Origin: TPA_inf: Saccharomyces
Taxonomy: Eukaryota
Reading direction: 5' to 3'
NCBI GenBank assembly: GCA_000146045.2
Contig: BK006945.2
Coordinates: forward strand, 32,001-96,000
DNA: 64,000 bases
Shown: positions 20,087 through 36,256 of the stretch, in pieces
How positions within the stretch are numbered: position 1 is the first letter of the stretch
Layout: each line of letters starts with the position of its first letter
Notes under the pieces: model-generated
What the model was told of the DNA's origin: nothing
Databases searched by the model: none
Seen by the model: only the letters and a program-made list of their open reading frames with translations
Made by a program: the position numbers and the translations under genes

Positions 20087-20590
20087 CTATGAATCTTCAT
20101 AACCTAACCAACTAAATATGAAAATACTGACCCATCGTCTTAAGTAAGTTGACATGAACTCAGCCTGGTCACCTACTATACATGATGTATCGCATGGATG
20201 GAAAGAATACCAAACGCTACCTTCCAGGTTAATGATAGTATCCAAACCTAGTTGGAATTTGCCTTGAACATCAAGCAGCGATTCGATATCAGTTGGGAGC
20301 ATCAATTTGGTCATTGGAATACCATCTATGCTTTTCTCCTCCCATATTCGCAAAAGTAGTAAGGGCTCGTTATATACTTTTGAATATGTAAGATATAATT
20401 CTATATGATTTAGTAATTTATTTTCTATACGCTCAGTATTTTTCTGCAGTTGTCGAGTAGGTATTAAACGCAAAAGAAGTCCATCCTTTTCATCATTCAA
20501 ATGGACATCTTGGCAAAGGGCCCAGTTATGGAAAATCTGGGAGTCATACAACGATTGCAGTTGGCTATGCCACTCCTGGTAAGGAATCAT
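20087..20590 (-). CDS. ATG10: Autophagy E2-like conjugating enzyme ATG10, 167 aa
   Basis: The track ORF starts on TTG at 20593. The ATG is at 20588-20590 (MIPYQEWHSQLQ…). Synteny places it between FPS1 and SDH2. Confidence 0.8.
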   Translation of the reverse strand: MIPYQEWHSQLQSLYDSQIFHNWALCQDVHLNDEKDGLLLRLIPTRQLQKNTERIENKLLNHIELYLTYSKVYNEPLLLLRIWEEKSIDGIPMTKLMLPTDIESLLDVQGKFQLGLDTIINLEGSVWYSFHPCDTSCIVGDQAEFMSTYLRRWVSIFIFSWLGYEDS

Positions 20591-21130
20591 CAAGTCTGAT
20601 AATTCTGTTTTTTAGCCCTTTTTTTTTTTTTTTCATGGTGTTCTCTTCTCATTGCTTTTCAATTTTAAGTTCGTTACCTTTCATATAGAGTTTCTTAACA
20701 GAAATTTCACAACGAAAATATAATTAACTACAGGCATGTAAATATAAAAACAGTCCTTTAATAATAAACCTTAAGCATTACGCGTGTATTAATATAATAA
20801 ATAGTTATAAATTGAATAAATAGGGGAGAGAAGCCAAAAGGCCCTTCAAAAACAAAGATATAAATTCATCCTTAAAAACAACAATACCTGAAGATACTAG
20901 AACACCTTGTCGCCTATGATGGACATATATACAGACCGGGTCATAGCATTGCCAATGATAAATAAATAATAGTCATAGAGAGTAAACATAAACGCCTAAC
21001 GTATAGGAATGTGTGAGAATGGTGAGTTTCGTCCTTGAAAATAATAATAATAATAGTTGGTGCTTTTATTAGTGCCAAAATCATTTGAGAGGCTTCTGAG
21101 TTCTTCGGGGCTAGCTGTTTTTCTGATAGT

Positions 21131-21958
<828 letters not shown>

Positions 21959-22086
21959 TCAAGAAAGTATAGCTCAACTATATTCCTTTCAATCCCTTCC
22001 TTTAGCCTAACATTTTTTGGCATTCTCATAGAAAGTCATTAATCCCCTTATATAAGTTTGCCCTTTTTACACCGGAGCTAATTGGG

Positions 22087-22091
22087 CCAAT
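22087..22091. promoter_or_regulatory. CCAAT box, a candidate Hap2/3/4/5 site, about 155 bp upstream of SDH2
   Basis: Reads gggCCAATgcg. SDH genes are HAP-complex targets. This rests on a single pentamer, so support is weak. Confidence 0.3.
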
Positions 22092-22210
22092 GCGAGGCCG
22101 CCTTTTGCGCGCTGCGGATATTTCTAAGGCATGGTCGTGCGGAGCTACAATAATACGATTGAATTATAGCTACATAGTGTACAAAAGCGGGTATATACTT
22201 TCATATGTGA

Positions 22211-25200
22211 TCATAGGATAGCTTCACAGTACTTATTGTATTCTCTAACAGCAATGGCGATGTTCCTGTACAAGGACCGACGTTCTTCAGGATCGCTGAT
22301 GGGAATGAAGTATTCGGATTGAGACTTGAGTTTAATTTGAAGACCGGATCTTTCCAATGTAATTCCCTGGATGGAAGGATATCCTGTGCTCCACATAAGC
22401 TCTTGGGTGGCCATTTGCACCTCAGCAATGTGCTGCATGGACACAATTACTGCTAGTTCTTTGCCTGGCAATATAACGTGCGACAGGTATTCATCATTCA
22501 TAAATACTCCTCCATTCACGGTCTTGAGCCAGTATTGTCCTTGGGCCTCACGTAGATCATAAGGCTTGATGATTTGATCATGGTCCACGTACCTTGGTAG
22601 ACGCACTCTGCAACCCTTTTGCATGTCAAGCACAGTGGTGGTACTTTTCACGCCTTGACTTAAGTTACTTGTAAGATCTAAGAATCCAATGGCTGTCTTA
22701 GTTGGCAGCCCAACGATACCTTTACCAAGGCCTTTGAGGAAACCAGCGGCGCCTTCCTTTTGCATGGCCTTGTATGGGTCCAGTGCAATTCCGCTCAACC
22801 CGCTTCCCAGTGTGCTGGCAAAGGATTGCGCTGAGTTTGCCAAGGCATTCCTGTTGTTTTTATTTATTCTTTGTTGTAATCTCCTGACCCTTTGGAATTC
22901 CAGATCTTGTGTAACTGACAGGCCCTTGGCCATCGACCCCGTAAACTTGGACATACTATCAGAGAGGCCAAAGACTGTTTTCTTTGCAAAACTTAGTCCA
23001 CCTTTAGCCAGATGTATACCAATTTCTTGAGGCCTATCATTCATCATGTAACCTTGATATGGTTCATAGAATAAGTCCCAGACACCGGAACTAATTGTGT
23101 TGAAAAGACCTACAGGATTACCAAAACAATCTGCTGATCCTAAAATTTTGTGGATCTGATACACGAACTGGGTCGTATAGTGTCTCTCAATATGGTCCAT
23201 CAGAATGGGCAATGGGACTCTTACATTATCCATGAACAAAGAATTAACTTTAACCGGCGCCTCATTTATATTACCTAATGTCATAGCAAACATATGGACA
23301 TAGTACAATGATGACGAAAATGACTCCTCGGTCTCTTCAGCCAATCCTGGACTAATTTCATCGGAGCGTATAAAGGACAGATGTAAGACGGTGGGCTGAA
23401 TATGGAAGATCTCGAAATATATATCACCCGCCGTTTTTAATTCAGAAACATCAGGTAACTGGATTTCTTCATCGTACTTATAATCTCTTGAATCCATGAT
23501 CCATGGGGATCCTGGGAATTTTATGAAGTCCATCATAGCATACAGCATGTCTTCATCTAATTGTATGGAAAATTCCTGGATTAATAACGTAACATGTTTA
23601 AAGTATGGGACAGCCTGTAAGGAATCGTTGACTTTAGAAATAGAACCTGATATCACTGGATGATTTTCAATTTCCTTTTCTGTGTAGGGGATTTCTGTTG
23701 GATATAGAATATTTGAGTAGTTTCCTGAAAATAATTGATTATCTATTTGCATCCATTTCATTTTCCAACTGAAAGTCTGGTATGCTTTAGATTCATTGTA
23801 TCTTAATTCGATCCCTCTCATGTTAATATATAGAAGTTCCTGTAAACGACCATTGATTAATGAGATACCAACTCCTTTGAACGAAACAACTATCTGTGTA
23901 TTAACCTTCTCATCCTCATCCTTTTGCACAAAGCCATCAGTCACTGAACTATTTACTGAAACTGAAGACGTGGTAGTTGCAGAGGCAGTTTTCAATTTGT
24001 ATAACCCAACATTGGCCTTATAGTTAACAATAACTAAGGCCTGCATATCGTCGTCAGCAACAACATGTAATCCAACAATGGGGGCTGGTTTATCCTTTGA
24101 CCTTTTATCCAGGCGTAACGGTGGCAATTCGCCAATCTCAGCCAACCGAACTTCCCTTGTACGTGTACCTGATTCTAACACCAGATATTTCTCCTTAGCT
24201 GTAGGAAAATCCCATGCGTATGGCATAATACTTTTCGAGGGAATCCTGTAAAAGATAGGTTTGAAACTACGGCTTGAGGACTCGTTAGACTGGTCATCCT
24301 TGTATGGATCACTAACTTTACGAGGATCTCTTTGGTAAAATATAAAGTCATGGTCGCTGAAATTTCTTATGGAAAATGGCCATCTGTCACCACCGTCCTT
24401 GATTCTTATGAATATTGTTGCTTTGTCCAAAAGAATTTCAATCTTTAAAAGCTTATGGCGTGAATTTTTCAAAACTTTCAAATATGTTACACCGACATTT
24501 TTGATAAAGAATGGTTGTGACCAATTGGAGTCTCCGCCTAAGAATTTCAGCACTAATTGCTTGTCGACGATGTTTCTCATCCTGTATAAAGGCTTAGTGA
24601 TGTTCGATTCTATTTGCTGGACATCCATAGACCCTGTCTCGCAAACTTCAATAGGGATATCTAAAGTATTGCTTATAATATACCTAGGTGCAATCTCAAT
24701 AACTTTACTTAGCAAGTACTTCCCTTTACCTTCGCTAATGTTGATGCCTAAATTTGATTCTTGTTCCTTATTTTTTATGCGAACAGATGCATCAAATGAT
24801 TGGCCAATAGCGTCAAATGATAATTTGGAACTCCACTCTGATTCCTTGAACCTAATACGAGCTCTGTTACTTTTATCATCTTCTTTATCAAATGAAAACA
24901 TTTTTGGAATAGTATATCTTTTTTCGTTTTCAAGCAAAATCTTGGATTGTGCAATATTTAAGAGACTACTTTGAATGTAGAGTTCTCTATCGGTAGAGTT
25001 CATAATAATATAAGGGGAGTATATCCGAATAACTTTGGACCTTGTACCATCGATGTTTTTATAATCTAGTTTCAACAACAAATTCTGACCTCCAGATAGG
25101 GTCAAAGACAACGAATCTTCTGGGTTTAAAGGACTTTTATGTGGTGTATTAACGATGGAGGGCTTTGAAGCAGAAGCCTCATCTTGTAATGGTTGAACAG

Positions 25201-28200
25201 ACATTAGCAGGAAACTATCCAAAGAAATATGATGAACTTCCATACTTTCTCCAGTCTTCAAGAAATCTGTTCTCTTCTCCTCTCTTTTGTCAAAAATAGA
25301 GAAGTTAATATCTGCTGGAAGTAAATTTTCAATAGTCATAGATGCCGAAACCACGATTTTCATATGAGGAAAGATCTTTGCCAATGGTTCTCTTTCATCA
25401 TACTTTGCACCAATTTCGAAATGAAATCTTTGATTGGAATCTTCTTTTGAAGAACAGAATATAGACATTTGGTTGCTCAACAAGCTTTTCCAAGATAACG
25501 TCTGTTGAGACCAATCGTATATATCCTCTGATGCGGGTCTTATCCTAATATCAGAATCGTAGGCATATTCTACAGGAACAGATTTACTTTGATGTGGTTT
25601 AATAGCATATTTTAAAGATGGCTTATTTGGATCTTTGGAGTCAACCAAAAGCTCAATCTCAGTTGAAGTTGTGTTTTCGATAACTAAAGTTGACCTAAAC
25701 GTAATAATCTTCACGTTATTCTCATCACATCTGGCCTCACAAACAATTCTATTATGCACATTATTTCTTGGTGGGCTCAAAACATGCAAGTTTTCACCTT
25801 CTGTTGTGGCATCAATATTCATAATGGTTTTATAATTTTGCCCAGAAACACAAACACCCAAAATGTTCTTCGACTTATCAATATCCAATTTCTCTCTAAT
25901 ACTTCTCCAATCTTCAAATTCCCAAGGAAGAGAAGTGTTTGCTTTTAAGAGCACAACTTCGTTTTTGTTGTCTTCAGTCGTTTTATCCTGTATCCAGACG
26001 TCAAAATCTAATTCTGTATCGTTTACCAGTTGATATGGCTTCTGAGATACCCTGGAAGCTAAGGGCAGCTCTTCGGTTAGAGACGCCGGGATGTGAGAAA
26101 GCATAGCGATTGACCTAGCAGAAAGTGTAATTTCCGCGATTCTTTGAGTTAAAATATCAAAAGAGAAAGCAGGATCCATTTCAGAATGCCCTTTTGATAG
26201 GTGGAATGTTATTGGAATCATCTCCAGAAGTGGCTCCCAGCTAGATCTCGAATAGTTGAATATGTTAACATAGGTTTCTAGAGAAGCAAGAGCTTCAAAG
26301 TCGGTAGACCAATCCTTTGCTGAAGCAGTGATTTCATTTACATTCATGTCCAATATTGGCATTTCATGGACGTCACCAATTAAAATAAATCTCAGTCCGC
26401 CTAAGTCAGCATTGAATGTTTCGTTTTTCAAAATTGCAGTAGGCACTTCAATTGATTCGGAATCTGAGCTCTGGCTAGCCCTGCTGCGCTCACCTAAAAT
26501 GCTTGGATCCAACACCGCTAATTTCCTTTCAAATTCATGAGAAAATTGTATTTTGTCTGTGCTCTCCTCCTCCTCTCCATTATCCTCTTTTTCCGTCATC
26601 TTATTTAGCAATGTGGTAACTCGTTTGAATATTAACATCGCCAGACGAATATCTCTAAGTGAAATACGCATCAACAGGGGCTGAACGGAAAGCTGTATAT
26701 TCGTCATTAGGGTCTGAGGAGTTGAGTTTCTTTTATCAATTGTCAAGGAGGATGAAAAGTCGTCCAATAATCTCAATTTTTCTTCAGACGAATTCATTTT
26801 GAATAGGAAGATACCAACATTATTGGCTGCAACTGTCATAATATTCTGATCGGTTACTAAAAATTGTCCTATCTTGAAAGAAATAGCCTCACTATTCATG
26901 TCGCAAGGATCAGCAAGTAAGATCAGAGCCGTTTCGATGATATTAACAGAGTATTGGATTTTAGTCACATCACCACCTTCTTGAACGCTTTCAACAATAG
27001 CCTTGTTTTCAGGCTTTTGGTTTGTGTTTTCAGGATAGTATAAATTGTTTTCGTGGCTTTTGGACATAATTGCATCAAAAAATTCTTTGAGAGAAACCAA
27101 ATAGTCCATTGCCAAAATCATTTTCGGACTGTCCATTGTCATCGAAATGTTCAATAGCCGTCCGACCTCTAAGTTCTTTCTGGAAATATTAGCCACAAAT
27201 TGATATTCTTTATTCTTACTCTTTGGTATTAGTTCTGTATGCTTATTATCTTTTATATTACGAACATCTTCTATCCGGAAAGCAGCAACATGTGCTTGAC
27301 CATCGACGGTCCCATCATTCTTTAAACCAAGGCTGCACCCAATGTCTTGAAACATAATTCTTGTCAGACCACAGTCATTCAAAGAAGTGACGCCCTTTGT
27401 CTTGTTATATAAAGTAAGGGCAATCTTTGGAGCTTTAAAAGAAAAATCCAAGTATTTTTGTTCTGGATTTTTTATATTGCTTTTATTCGATCCCTGTAGA
27501 GACTGAGGAGTAGCTGTGCGTTCGCTTTCGCTACTTAAAGAAGCAGGGTCAGGAGAGGGACTTTTGATCTCGCCTTTTCCTCCTGATTCACCAGAGTTTT
27601 CGTCTGTGATATTGAATGCAGAGGATACTTTATTGGAAATTTCTAATAAGTAAGTCAGCTGGTTCTCAGTCAAATCCAACGCAAATGATTCAAAATTACT
27701 CGTTACTTTAAGTTCTGGAGTGTCATCTTGCGGAAGGGGATCTCTGTCTATATTGAAAAGTAAACCTATATTTTCAACTAGATACAATTGTTGACTGGAA
27801 CCATCGAAGTTTAAGTTCGAGGATAATTGGCCCTCGCGGACACCAAGTTTGATATGGTTTATTTTATGAGATTCGTCTATTACCGAAAATTTGTTTTCAA
27901 TAAAGAACTCACCCAAATAAAACCGCATTGTATCGTAATTGTTCTCTTGTGTGCCTACTAATTTAGGAAACTGGATAATAGGTGCCTTGATTACTATGTC
28001 CATTTTCATGTTATTTACGGCGTCAATGGAAGGGGCTTGGTTGTACGCTGCAAGACGAGCTCTATCAAAGGATACTTTAGATTTTTGAAATTTAGCAAAA
28101 AAGTTAACCATTCTGTTAACAGCACTTTCGATAAAATTAACATGCATAGAGCCCGTAGAATATTTTAAAAACGAATCATAATCTTTGGTATTTGTAGCCG

Positions 28201-31200
28201 GATCGAATGATTCATAGCTCAATTCGACTAGTTCTTGACCTTTCATTTGAATTATTTTTCTAAATACCGAATCCCTGGAAAACGATTCATTTGTTTCATC
28301 AGTCAACTCCAACCCGCCTAATTTTAAGTTAATGTTGTATCTTTCCGGTAGTAAAACCATTGTGAATTCACCAGCCGATAGAACTAACGTTGCCAGCTTT
28401 ATAGAATCATCATTAAAAATAACATTGACGGCCTCCATTTTAATTTTCATATTGATTTTTTGTGGCGCATCGTCCCTATCTTCTTTATTATGTCTCAACA
28501 CATCAGCCGGCATTTCTGGAGCGTTAGGATCCGTAAAAGTAAGCATTGCATAATTCATTAAAGTTAATACAGATCTAGGTGTTAATACCAATTGCAATTC
28601 ACTCATATGCATAACAATATCTTGATCGAATAATTCAATCAAAGTATCGTTATGAGGCACAATTCTCTGCACTCTCTTGTATTTTAGCGTAAACAAATCT
28701 TTTTGAGATCTTGTCACTTTTTCAACGCCGGATGATATCAAGTTTTTGAATTCCTTGTTATCAGTCAGCTCGATGTAATCTTCAACATCTAATGAATGTA
28801 CTCTTAGATCTAAATTCATTTCTTTGGCTCTCTTATCAAAATTGAAATTTAGCCTTTGACACAATATATCAACCAATTTTTCGCTGTTTCTGGAATCATT
28901 TTTGATACATTGAAAGAATGCTATTTTCGCCTGATCGATATCAAAATGGAGCTCTAAGAATTTCTGTTCAATTTGAAGCGGCTGCATATTTTCTAACGCT
29001 TTCAAAGTATTCTTCAACTGCAATTGAATTTGCTTCTTCATTTCTTTTTCGGAACCAGAAGAGTAATTAACGTAATCGCCGTTGTTTTCTTCATCATCAA
29101 TCATAGAAGGTATAGAATTAGCAATCAAATTCATAATAGTCTTGTATTGAATGTCATTTATGGAAAGACTTAAGCGAGGCAAATGACCAAAAACTCTTAT
29201 CGTGGGTAATTTATATGCTTTAGGAAGGATTGATAGATCTACAGTTAACTCTAATTTCATTTTATCCAAGATTCTAAAATCATTCGTGGAAGAGGCGGTA
29301 TTGATCTTACCTATAGTAGACTGAATATCAGGACCAACAAATATCTGAGTATCCTGAGATAAAATTTGGAACCTATCAAACATTAACCTATTGATTTCGT
29401 TACCGTCAATCTTGTCATATTCTTCCGGCGATAACTCTTTTATTTCCTTTATCTTCTCCTTTGGCACTAAATCACTGAGTATAGACATATGACCGGCATC
29501 AATGATCGCACAAGGGGTATCCCAATCATGTGGGTCTAACGGTAATATGATTAATGGTGCTTGTAAATCTAAAGATACATTTACGGTCTTGTGGTCTTCC
29601 AACAAAGACTCAATACCCATTCTTGTTTGTGTTGTCCAACCTTCTACAGTTGCCTCGGCGGCGTTTACGATATTGCCGATTGTTTCCATGTGTTGGTTTG
29701 ACGCCTTAAAAAACTTGTGGACCTCTGTAATGAAATGAACGTGGTAAAACACAGTCATTCCCAATAACTTAATGTTTAAGTTCGAATCTGCTAATCCATC
29801 TAGTGGATTCAATTCAAATGAAGCACGTAATAAAGGTTCATCCTCTTCTTCTTCCTCCCCGGTAGCGTGGTTGTCAATTGAAGATTGATCTTTAGATGAG
29901 TTTCTGACACTAATGATATGTTTATATAACGCGTTGGGTGAGCCATCTTCGAGACTGAATTTGTTCAATTGGAAACTCGATAAAAATGAATCAGGTCTTT
30001 GAGCAAAATCAACTTTACAATTTTCAAAAATTATGGAACCCAAATTTAGATTTTGCTTCTTCTTTCGTATAGTGAATGAACCCTTTTTTAACAAACTCGT
30101 TACACGAAGTTCAACCCTTTCTCTAGGAACTTGCAGTACAGGACCTTTATCTTCATTCTCGTCAAATTCAATAGCATCATAAAGCTCCTGACGCTGTTCT
30201 TCAGTCATTATTAAATCTTCGTCTACTTCTTCTGTAGGTTTACCGTTCCACCAAGAAGAGAGCCAGCTTCCATTATTTTTAGTTGCGGACTTGTTGGAAG
30301 TTTGTGGTTCAATATTTGAGCTAGCTGTTGGTGTGGGTGAGTCTTCCGTCATGCCCAACTTATATTGCGCGTACTGTCTCTTAGCGACAGATCTGAAGAG
30401 AATAATTTCATCATACGTTAAATCTTTATGCAATTCAGATAATTGAGCCTCCTGAATGGGGTCACGTAGCGGAGCTTCTAAATTTTTTAACTTTAACTTT
30501 TCAACCCATAATTTTGTGTACAACCTCCGTTGTTCACATTTCTCCTTCATGCTTTCCCAAGTCCACATTTTGTTTTTTTCATGAATTTCATTAATAACAC
30601 AAGCAGCAATGTATTTAAACCATTCTGTCGGGTTTTCACTAACTGCGAAGGATGGTCTTGCTTTCTTAAACTTTTTGGTAATTTGTCTTAACTGTATACT
30701 GGAGAGGACATGCAAGATATCATTATATTCTGTATCATCTAATTCTAAACCAAATTCATCATAAAACATTTGCAAGTCAATGTGAGGTTGTTCCTCCGTG
30801 GAACCCAGCTTGTTGATACTAAGCTTCCCTAGCCCGCTAACCGGTTTCAAAATGTATTGATGCTTGGGGGCAGTGGAATTTTTCGATGCAATCATATCTT
30901 TGAAACCCCTTACAAAATTTTCCAGGCTTCTATCTTGATCATCATCAGAAATCAAGGGCGGAGAGTCTGTATTCCAATACAAACAGAGTGAATTTAAAGT
31001 CAATAGTTTATGCGTGATATTCTGTGTAATATCAATGAAACTTGGAGCCCAGTTGGAATCTGTAGATACAGCTGATAGCTCGTTCAAAGTTAATCCAACG
31101 GAAGATGGGCCTGTAGTGAAGATTCCGTCCATGTCCTCGTACCTTAAATGGATATTTTTTATGGTAACTTGTAAATTGTCTATGATCTTTGTAGTCAAAG

Positions 31201-31645
31201 ACTGCATAAACCCGGCGTTATTTTTTTCTGAAGAAGAAGAAGAGGTTTTGTTCTCTGATTGGGTACTCAGTATGCGAGCCTGATTTGTCAGTTCCCATTC
31301 ACTTACCTTCCTCATCTTCAACCGAAAAGCTCTCTTTATCATCTCCTCATCATTTTCGTGATCTTCTGAACGTGGTGAGCATAATAAATAACAGTCCTCG
31401 ATAATGATTTTCACGGGCTTATTCTTTAAACTTGACCATGGGACCGTTAAGACCAAATCACCCAGTATCCCTGATTTCACATCTATGGGTAAATTTAATG
31501 AGTCCAAACAGTCTTTTCTTAGTTTTAAGTTTTTTAACTTCACATCACCACTCCATATGCCGACATTTAATTGATTAGGGTCGAAATTTTCCACATATGA
31601 GCCTAGCAATCGGTTTAGCAAATTAGCAGCTAAAGACTCTAACAT
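22211..31645 (-). CDS. VPS13: VPS13 bridge-like lipid-transfer protein, 3144 aa
   Basis: A single uninterrupted 9.4-kb ORF with a chorein-N start ([22 protein letters not shown]…[17 protein letters not shown]). ATG start confirmed. Confidence 0.95.
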
Positions 31646-32061
31646 TTAACTGTTCTTAATTTTCCTTTTTTCTGCCTTTTCCCTTTTGGTAGTCACAATA
31701 TTCTATCCGTATCAAATTAAATAGAGTTAAAAGGTTGACTCAATTGGTCGGCTTATGTGCGTTTACTGGAGATTGAAACATGATAGGACACTATAAAGGT
31801 GGTTTATATTCCCTAATAAAAATCCCTTTCTATCAAAATAGCTAATGGTATTACCCGGCTTCGCGAAAATAGTGAACGTCATAGTATAAGACGATTCAAA
31901 AATCCAAGCTCTTGAAAACCAACATGAATAAAGACAATAACACAGTTGAACAATTTATTTAGTGTTCTATGGAGTATTTATCAAAAAAAAAAAAAAACCA
32001 AAAAGAAAAAAGGAGAGTAAACATATATATATTGACATAATGAAAATATTGCGAGGACTGA

Positions 32062-33210
<1,149 letters not shown>

Positions 33211-33382
33211 CTATTAGTTAAAGTAAAGTGGGAGGGAGAGTTCGAGAGTTCTTGTCGTATTGTAGTAGATAGAAGATATACTTATCCTTATCCGTACAGT
33301 TCTTGCTCTTTCTGAAGTAGCACTTTCGGAAGAAGAAAGATAAGCAGGCGAATTCAAAGGTGGCAAAACCCGGAGCCTCTCT

Positions 33383-33390
33383 ATATATAC
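33383..33390. promoter_or_regulatory. TATATATA box about 180 bp upstream of the UBI4 ATG
   Basis: Direct read: ctatatatac. Confidence 0.5.
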
Positions 33391-33454
33391 CCCCAAAAGG
33401 AGGAACCGCCCTCAAATGACACTGAATTCTAAAAACAACTGATAAGTGGCATCG

Positions 33455-33459
33455 CCCCT
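33455..33459. promoter_or_regulatory. STRE (CCCCT/AGGGG) in the UBI4 promoter
   Basis: Reads cgCCCCTga. UBI4 is an Msn2/4 target by established knowledge. Confidence 0.4.
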
Positions 33460-33573
33460 GAAAAAAGAAACGAAGTGGGGTAACCACCGTGTGTGGCCGG
33501 ATGTACGGCTGTGTGATGCTCCACTGGGCGGCTATTTTTTTTTTTGGTACCGAAATTGGTTTATCCAGGATTA

Positions 33574-33591
33574 TTCTAGAACGTTCTAGAA
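33574..33591. promoter_or_regulatory. Heat-shock element (TTCtaGAAcgTTCtaGAA) about 370 bp upstream of UBI4
   Basis: Four contiguous alternating nGAAn/nTTCn units, read directly. Confidence 0.8.
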
Positions 33592-33774
33592 ACAATACTG
33601 ACCACAAAGACTTTTCGGAATAGAATATTGTCAAACAAGAACTTTTTCACTTTCTTTTCATAAAACGTCACTTTCATCACTTTTGCAGGATTTCCCACAG
33701 TTCGTTTAAAGGGACATTTCCTATCATGGGTTGCCCTGCGCGAATAAGATGATTGGTCAAGGAAGACTCTAAAA

Positions 33775-34518
33775 TCATCTGAACGGGTTATTTGAAGACT
33801 TGGGTCTAAATGAGAGCTTGCTTATTCCACCCGCCACGCCGGGCGTATCTTCACTGTCTTCTTCGGCCAGGGGATCCAAAGAGAATCGGGCATATTCGTG
33901 CGTATTCCTTGTCCGTTGTCTCTGGAAATCTAAGCTAGTGCTGGTGGTGGGAGGCTTTGCTTTCTTTTCTAAGCTTTGTCGCGTGAGCTCGCTTCTCATT
34001 TCCTCCAGCTTCAAATGGCTATTGTCCGTGGACTTCCTGCCCGGAGTCGATATGCTTGAGCGGAATTGTATTACATCCTTGCGTTGTTTTTCTAGTAACC
34101 CGTCGTCTTGCAGCAGCCCCAGAACGTTCCTGCTTAGCTTTTGAATATCTTCCGCCTTACGTTCATCCCGAGGATCCTGAACCTGAAAATCCTCCAGGAT
34201 CTCAATTAGTATCATGTTTCCTTTCAGCCACTTGATGAATTCATTGGACCCGTTATTCATCAGATATGAGACCAAAGTCAGCGTCTTCATCACCTGGATA
34301 CAATTTCGATGAGAATTTCTTCTGTTCTGCCCAAGTAGCAATCGCTTCCGGATTACCTGGATGATTTCTCGTACTGTCTTGGGGCTGTAGGTCAAGATTG
34401 ATATTTCGTTCATAAGCGTCCCCGTTGCTCCACTTGTTTCGTCCTCGTTGGTAGCCTGTTTCACCTTTGATTCCGTCGGTGATTGAATAAAACTCTTGAA
34501 GGTATCTAACAAAGGCAT
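33775..34518 (-). CDS. ENT4: ENTH-domain epsin-like protein ENT4, 247 aa
   Basis: The track start at 34557 is GTG. The first ATG is at 34516-34518 ([16 protein letters not shown]…). Contains an ENTH-like N-terminal domain (…[27 protein letters not shown]…). Confidence 0.8.
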
Positions 34519-34744
34519 CACGACCCCCTCACTATATGTGTACTCGTTCTTTGACACCTTTATGCTTTCTAGGCTTATTCAACACATAACCTCAATTTTC
34601 GTTTTCTCATTCTTTTTTCTTTTTTTTTTTTTCTCACTAAAGCGTTGTCCTAGAGATGTAAAAAGAGAAGGAAATGAAATTTTTACTGGAAATGTTACTA
34701 CTATTACACAGGTTTATTTAGAAAGTACAAACGTGTCAGCGTAT

Positions 34745-36256
34745 TTAGGGTGTCAATGCAACAATATTGAAACTATCATTTGTCTTCAGAATAGCGGCAA
34801 TACCACCATCTCCGCATACCACGTCCATATCAGTGAAATCGGCAGTGTCGCTTTGCAAACAGAGGGCGCTCTCCTCGTCTTTAGTCCAATTTTTTGTTTT
34901 CTTGTCAAATTTGTATATCGTCAGCGAATTGCTCTCGTTTGAGTATGCAATCATATTCTTTCCAGAGTCGTCAATGTCATAGGTAACGGTGCCCGTCTTG
35001 AATTCTGGGATTGTGTAAGTTGGATACGCTAGCGTGCCGACATCCTTTCTTAGGTCAAAGCAAACCACAGTTTGGTCACACTCTACTACCATCCAGTACC
35101 CATTGTCTGCAAATTTAACCTCTTTTATCTTGGCTTCTTCATCTACGGGGAATCTAGAGCTTGCCTGGTCAGGTGATGACAAGTTGTAAACGTCTAATAT
35201 ACCGTCCGGAGAGTAAAGGGCTAATAATAATGAATCCTTATGTAGGACACCGCTGCTGTACTCAACATCTGATTTAGCAGAATGAACAATATACTGGGAA
35301 TCATCCTCGTAGGATTGAAATCCTATGGTTCCTCTATTATCCGCCCAGATGAAGTACTCTGTGTTGACCTCGTTGTGACCATACATATATATAATCTCAT
35401 TGGCGGAATCTACCTCTATTTCTCTGAGGACTTTGTTTGTTTTTGAGTCCAATATAGTTATTTGGTTACCTGGATATAGTAGTAGCAAACGATTACAAGG
35501 CCCTCTGGAAATAATAGCTGGATGCTCTCCCCCGGTACGGGGATTTGGTGTAGTTATTGTGGTAATCGTTTTCGAATCTTTTAATTGGGTAAAATGTAAA
35601 GCACCATCCTCACAGCGACACATGCACACCCATTTATCATAGTACATAGATTTGTTAAGCTCTTTATATGGGAATGTTTTGATGTTACGGGAGTAATTTT
35701 GTGCCTGTAATAGCTCCAAATTTTTTAAAATCGGCCATTTGGGTGCTTTGAGCTTGCCCCTCGCTACAAAGTCTCTAGAAGATTGTAACAGCCCTTGTAA
35801 AAATTCTTCTCTCGTAATAGCTACCGCTTGCTGTGAGGATTTGGGTAAATCCTTCGAATCTTCGTTTTTTTCCATCAATAGTTGCGCAGCGACCAACTTT
35901 GCAGCATCTCTTTCGTACATTACAGTCGACAGTTTTTTCGTTAAACTATCTAGAGTTGATCGTAACTTAAAGTTTTCGAGCATTATAGCATCCCATTCAT
36001 TCTGTAAACTTGTCAACAGATTCGGAATCGAATAATTCGCTTTTAACGTAGCAGAGTTTGTAGACTCTGTTAGTGAGGCTTGTTGCGCACTAGGTACGAT
36101 TTCCACTATTTCTTCGATGCTTAAGGGCTCATTTGTTATCGGATCATTCCCCGTATCTTTAACATACTGTTCAAGGAGCGACTTTTCAAAAATAGTCCTG
36201 GATTTAGGTGATAGAACTGGCCTTCTAGGAACTTTCCCACTAATAGCACAAAGCAT
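34745..36256 (-). CDS. PRP19: Pre-mRNA splicing factor / U-box E3 ligase PRP19 (NineTeen Complex), 503 aa
   Basis: N-terminal U-box (MLCAISGKVPRRPVLSPKSRTIFEKSLLEQYVKDTGNDPITNEPL), a coiled-coil and a C-terminal WD40 beta-propeller. Confidence 0.9.
   Translation of the reverse strand: MLCAISGKVPRRPVLSPKSRTIFEKSLLEQYVKDTGNDPITNEPLSIEEIVEIVPSAQQASLTESTNSATLKANYSIPNLLTSLQNEWDAIMLENFKLRSTLDSLTKKLSTVMYERDAAKLVAAQLLMEKNEDSKDLPKSSQQAVAITREEFLQGLLQSSRDFVARGKLKAPKWPILKNLELLQAQNYSRNIKTFPYKELNKSMYYDKWVCMCRCEDGALHFTQLKDSKTITTITTPNPRTGGEHPAIISRGPCNRLLLLYPGNQITILDSKTNKVLREIEVDSANEIIYMYGHNEVNTEYFIWADNRGTIGFQSYEDDSQYIVHSAKSDVEYSSGVLHKDSLLLALYSPDGILDVYNLSSPDQASSRFPVDEEAKIKEVKFADNGYWMVVECDQTVVCFDLRKDVGTLAYPTYTIPEFKTGTVTYDIDDSGKNMIAYSNESNSLTIYKFDKKTKNWTKDEESALCLQSDTADFTDMDVVCGDGGIAAILKTNDSFNIVALTP

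Noticed and set aside
22371-31283. Multiple 60-200-aa ORFs antisense to VPS13
   Set aside because: These are expected chance ORFs opposite a 9.4-kb CDS. None has a recognisable domain or an ATG-context argument.
34496-34942. A 148-aa + strand ORF spanning the ENT4 start and PRP19 3' end (dubious YLL037W region)
   Set aside because: It overlaps two well-supported minus-strand genes and their intergenic T-tract. It has no recognisable domain.
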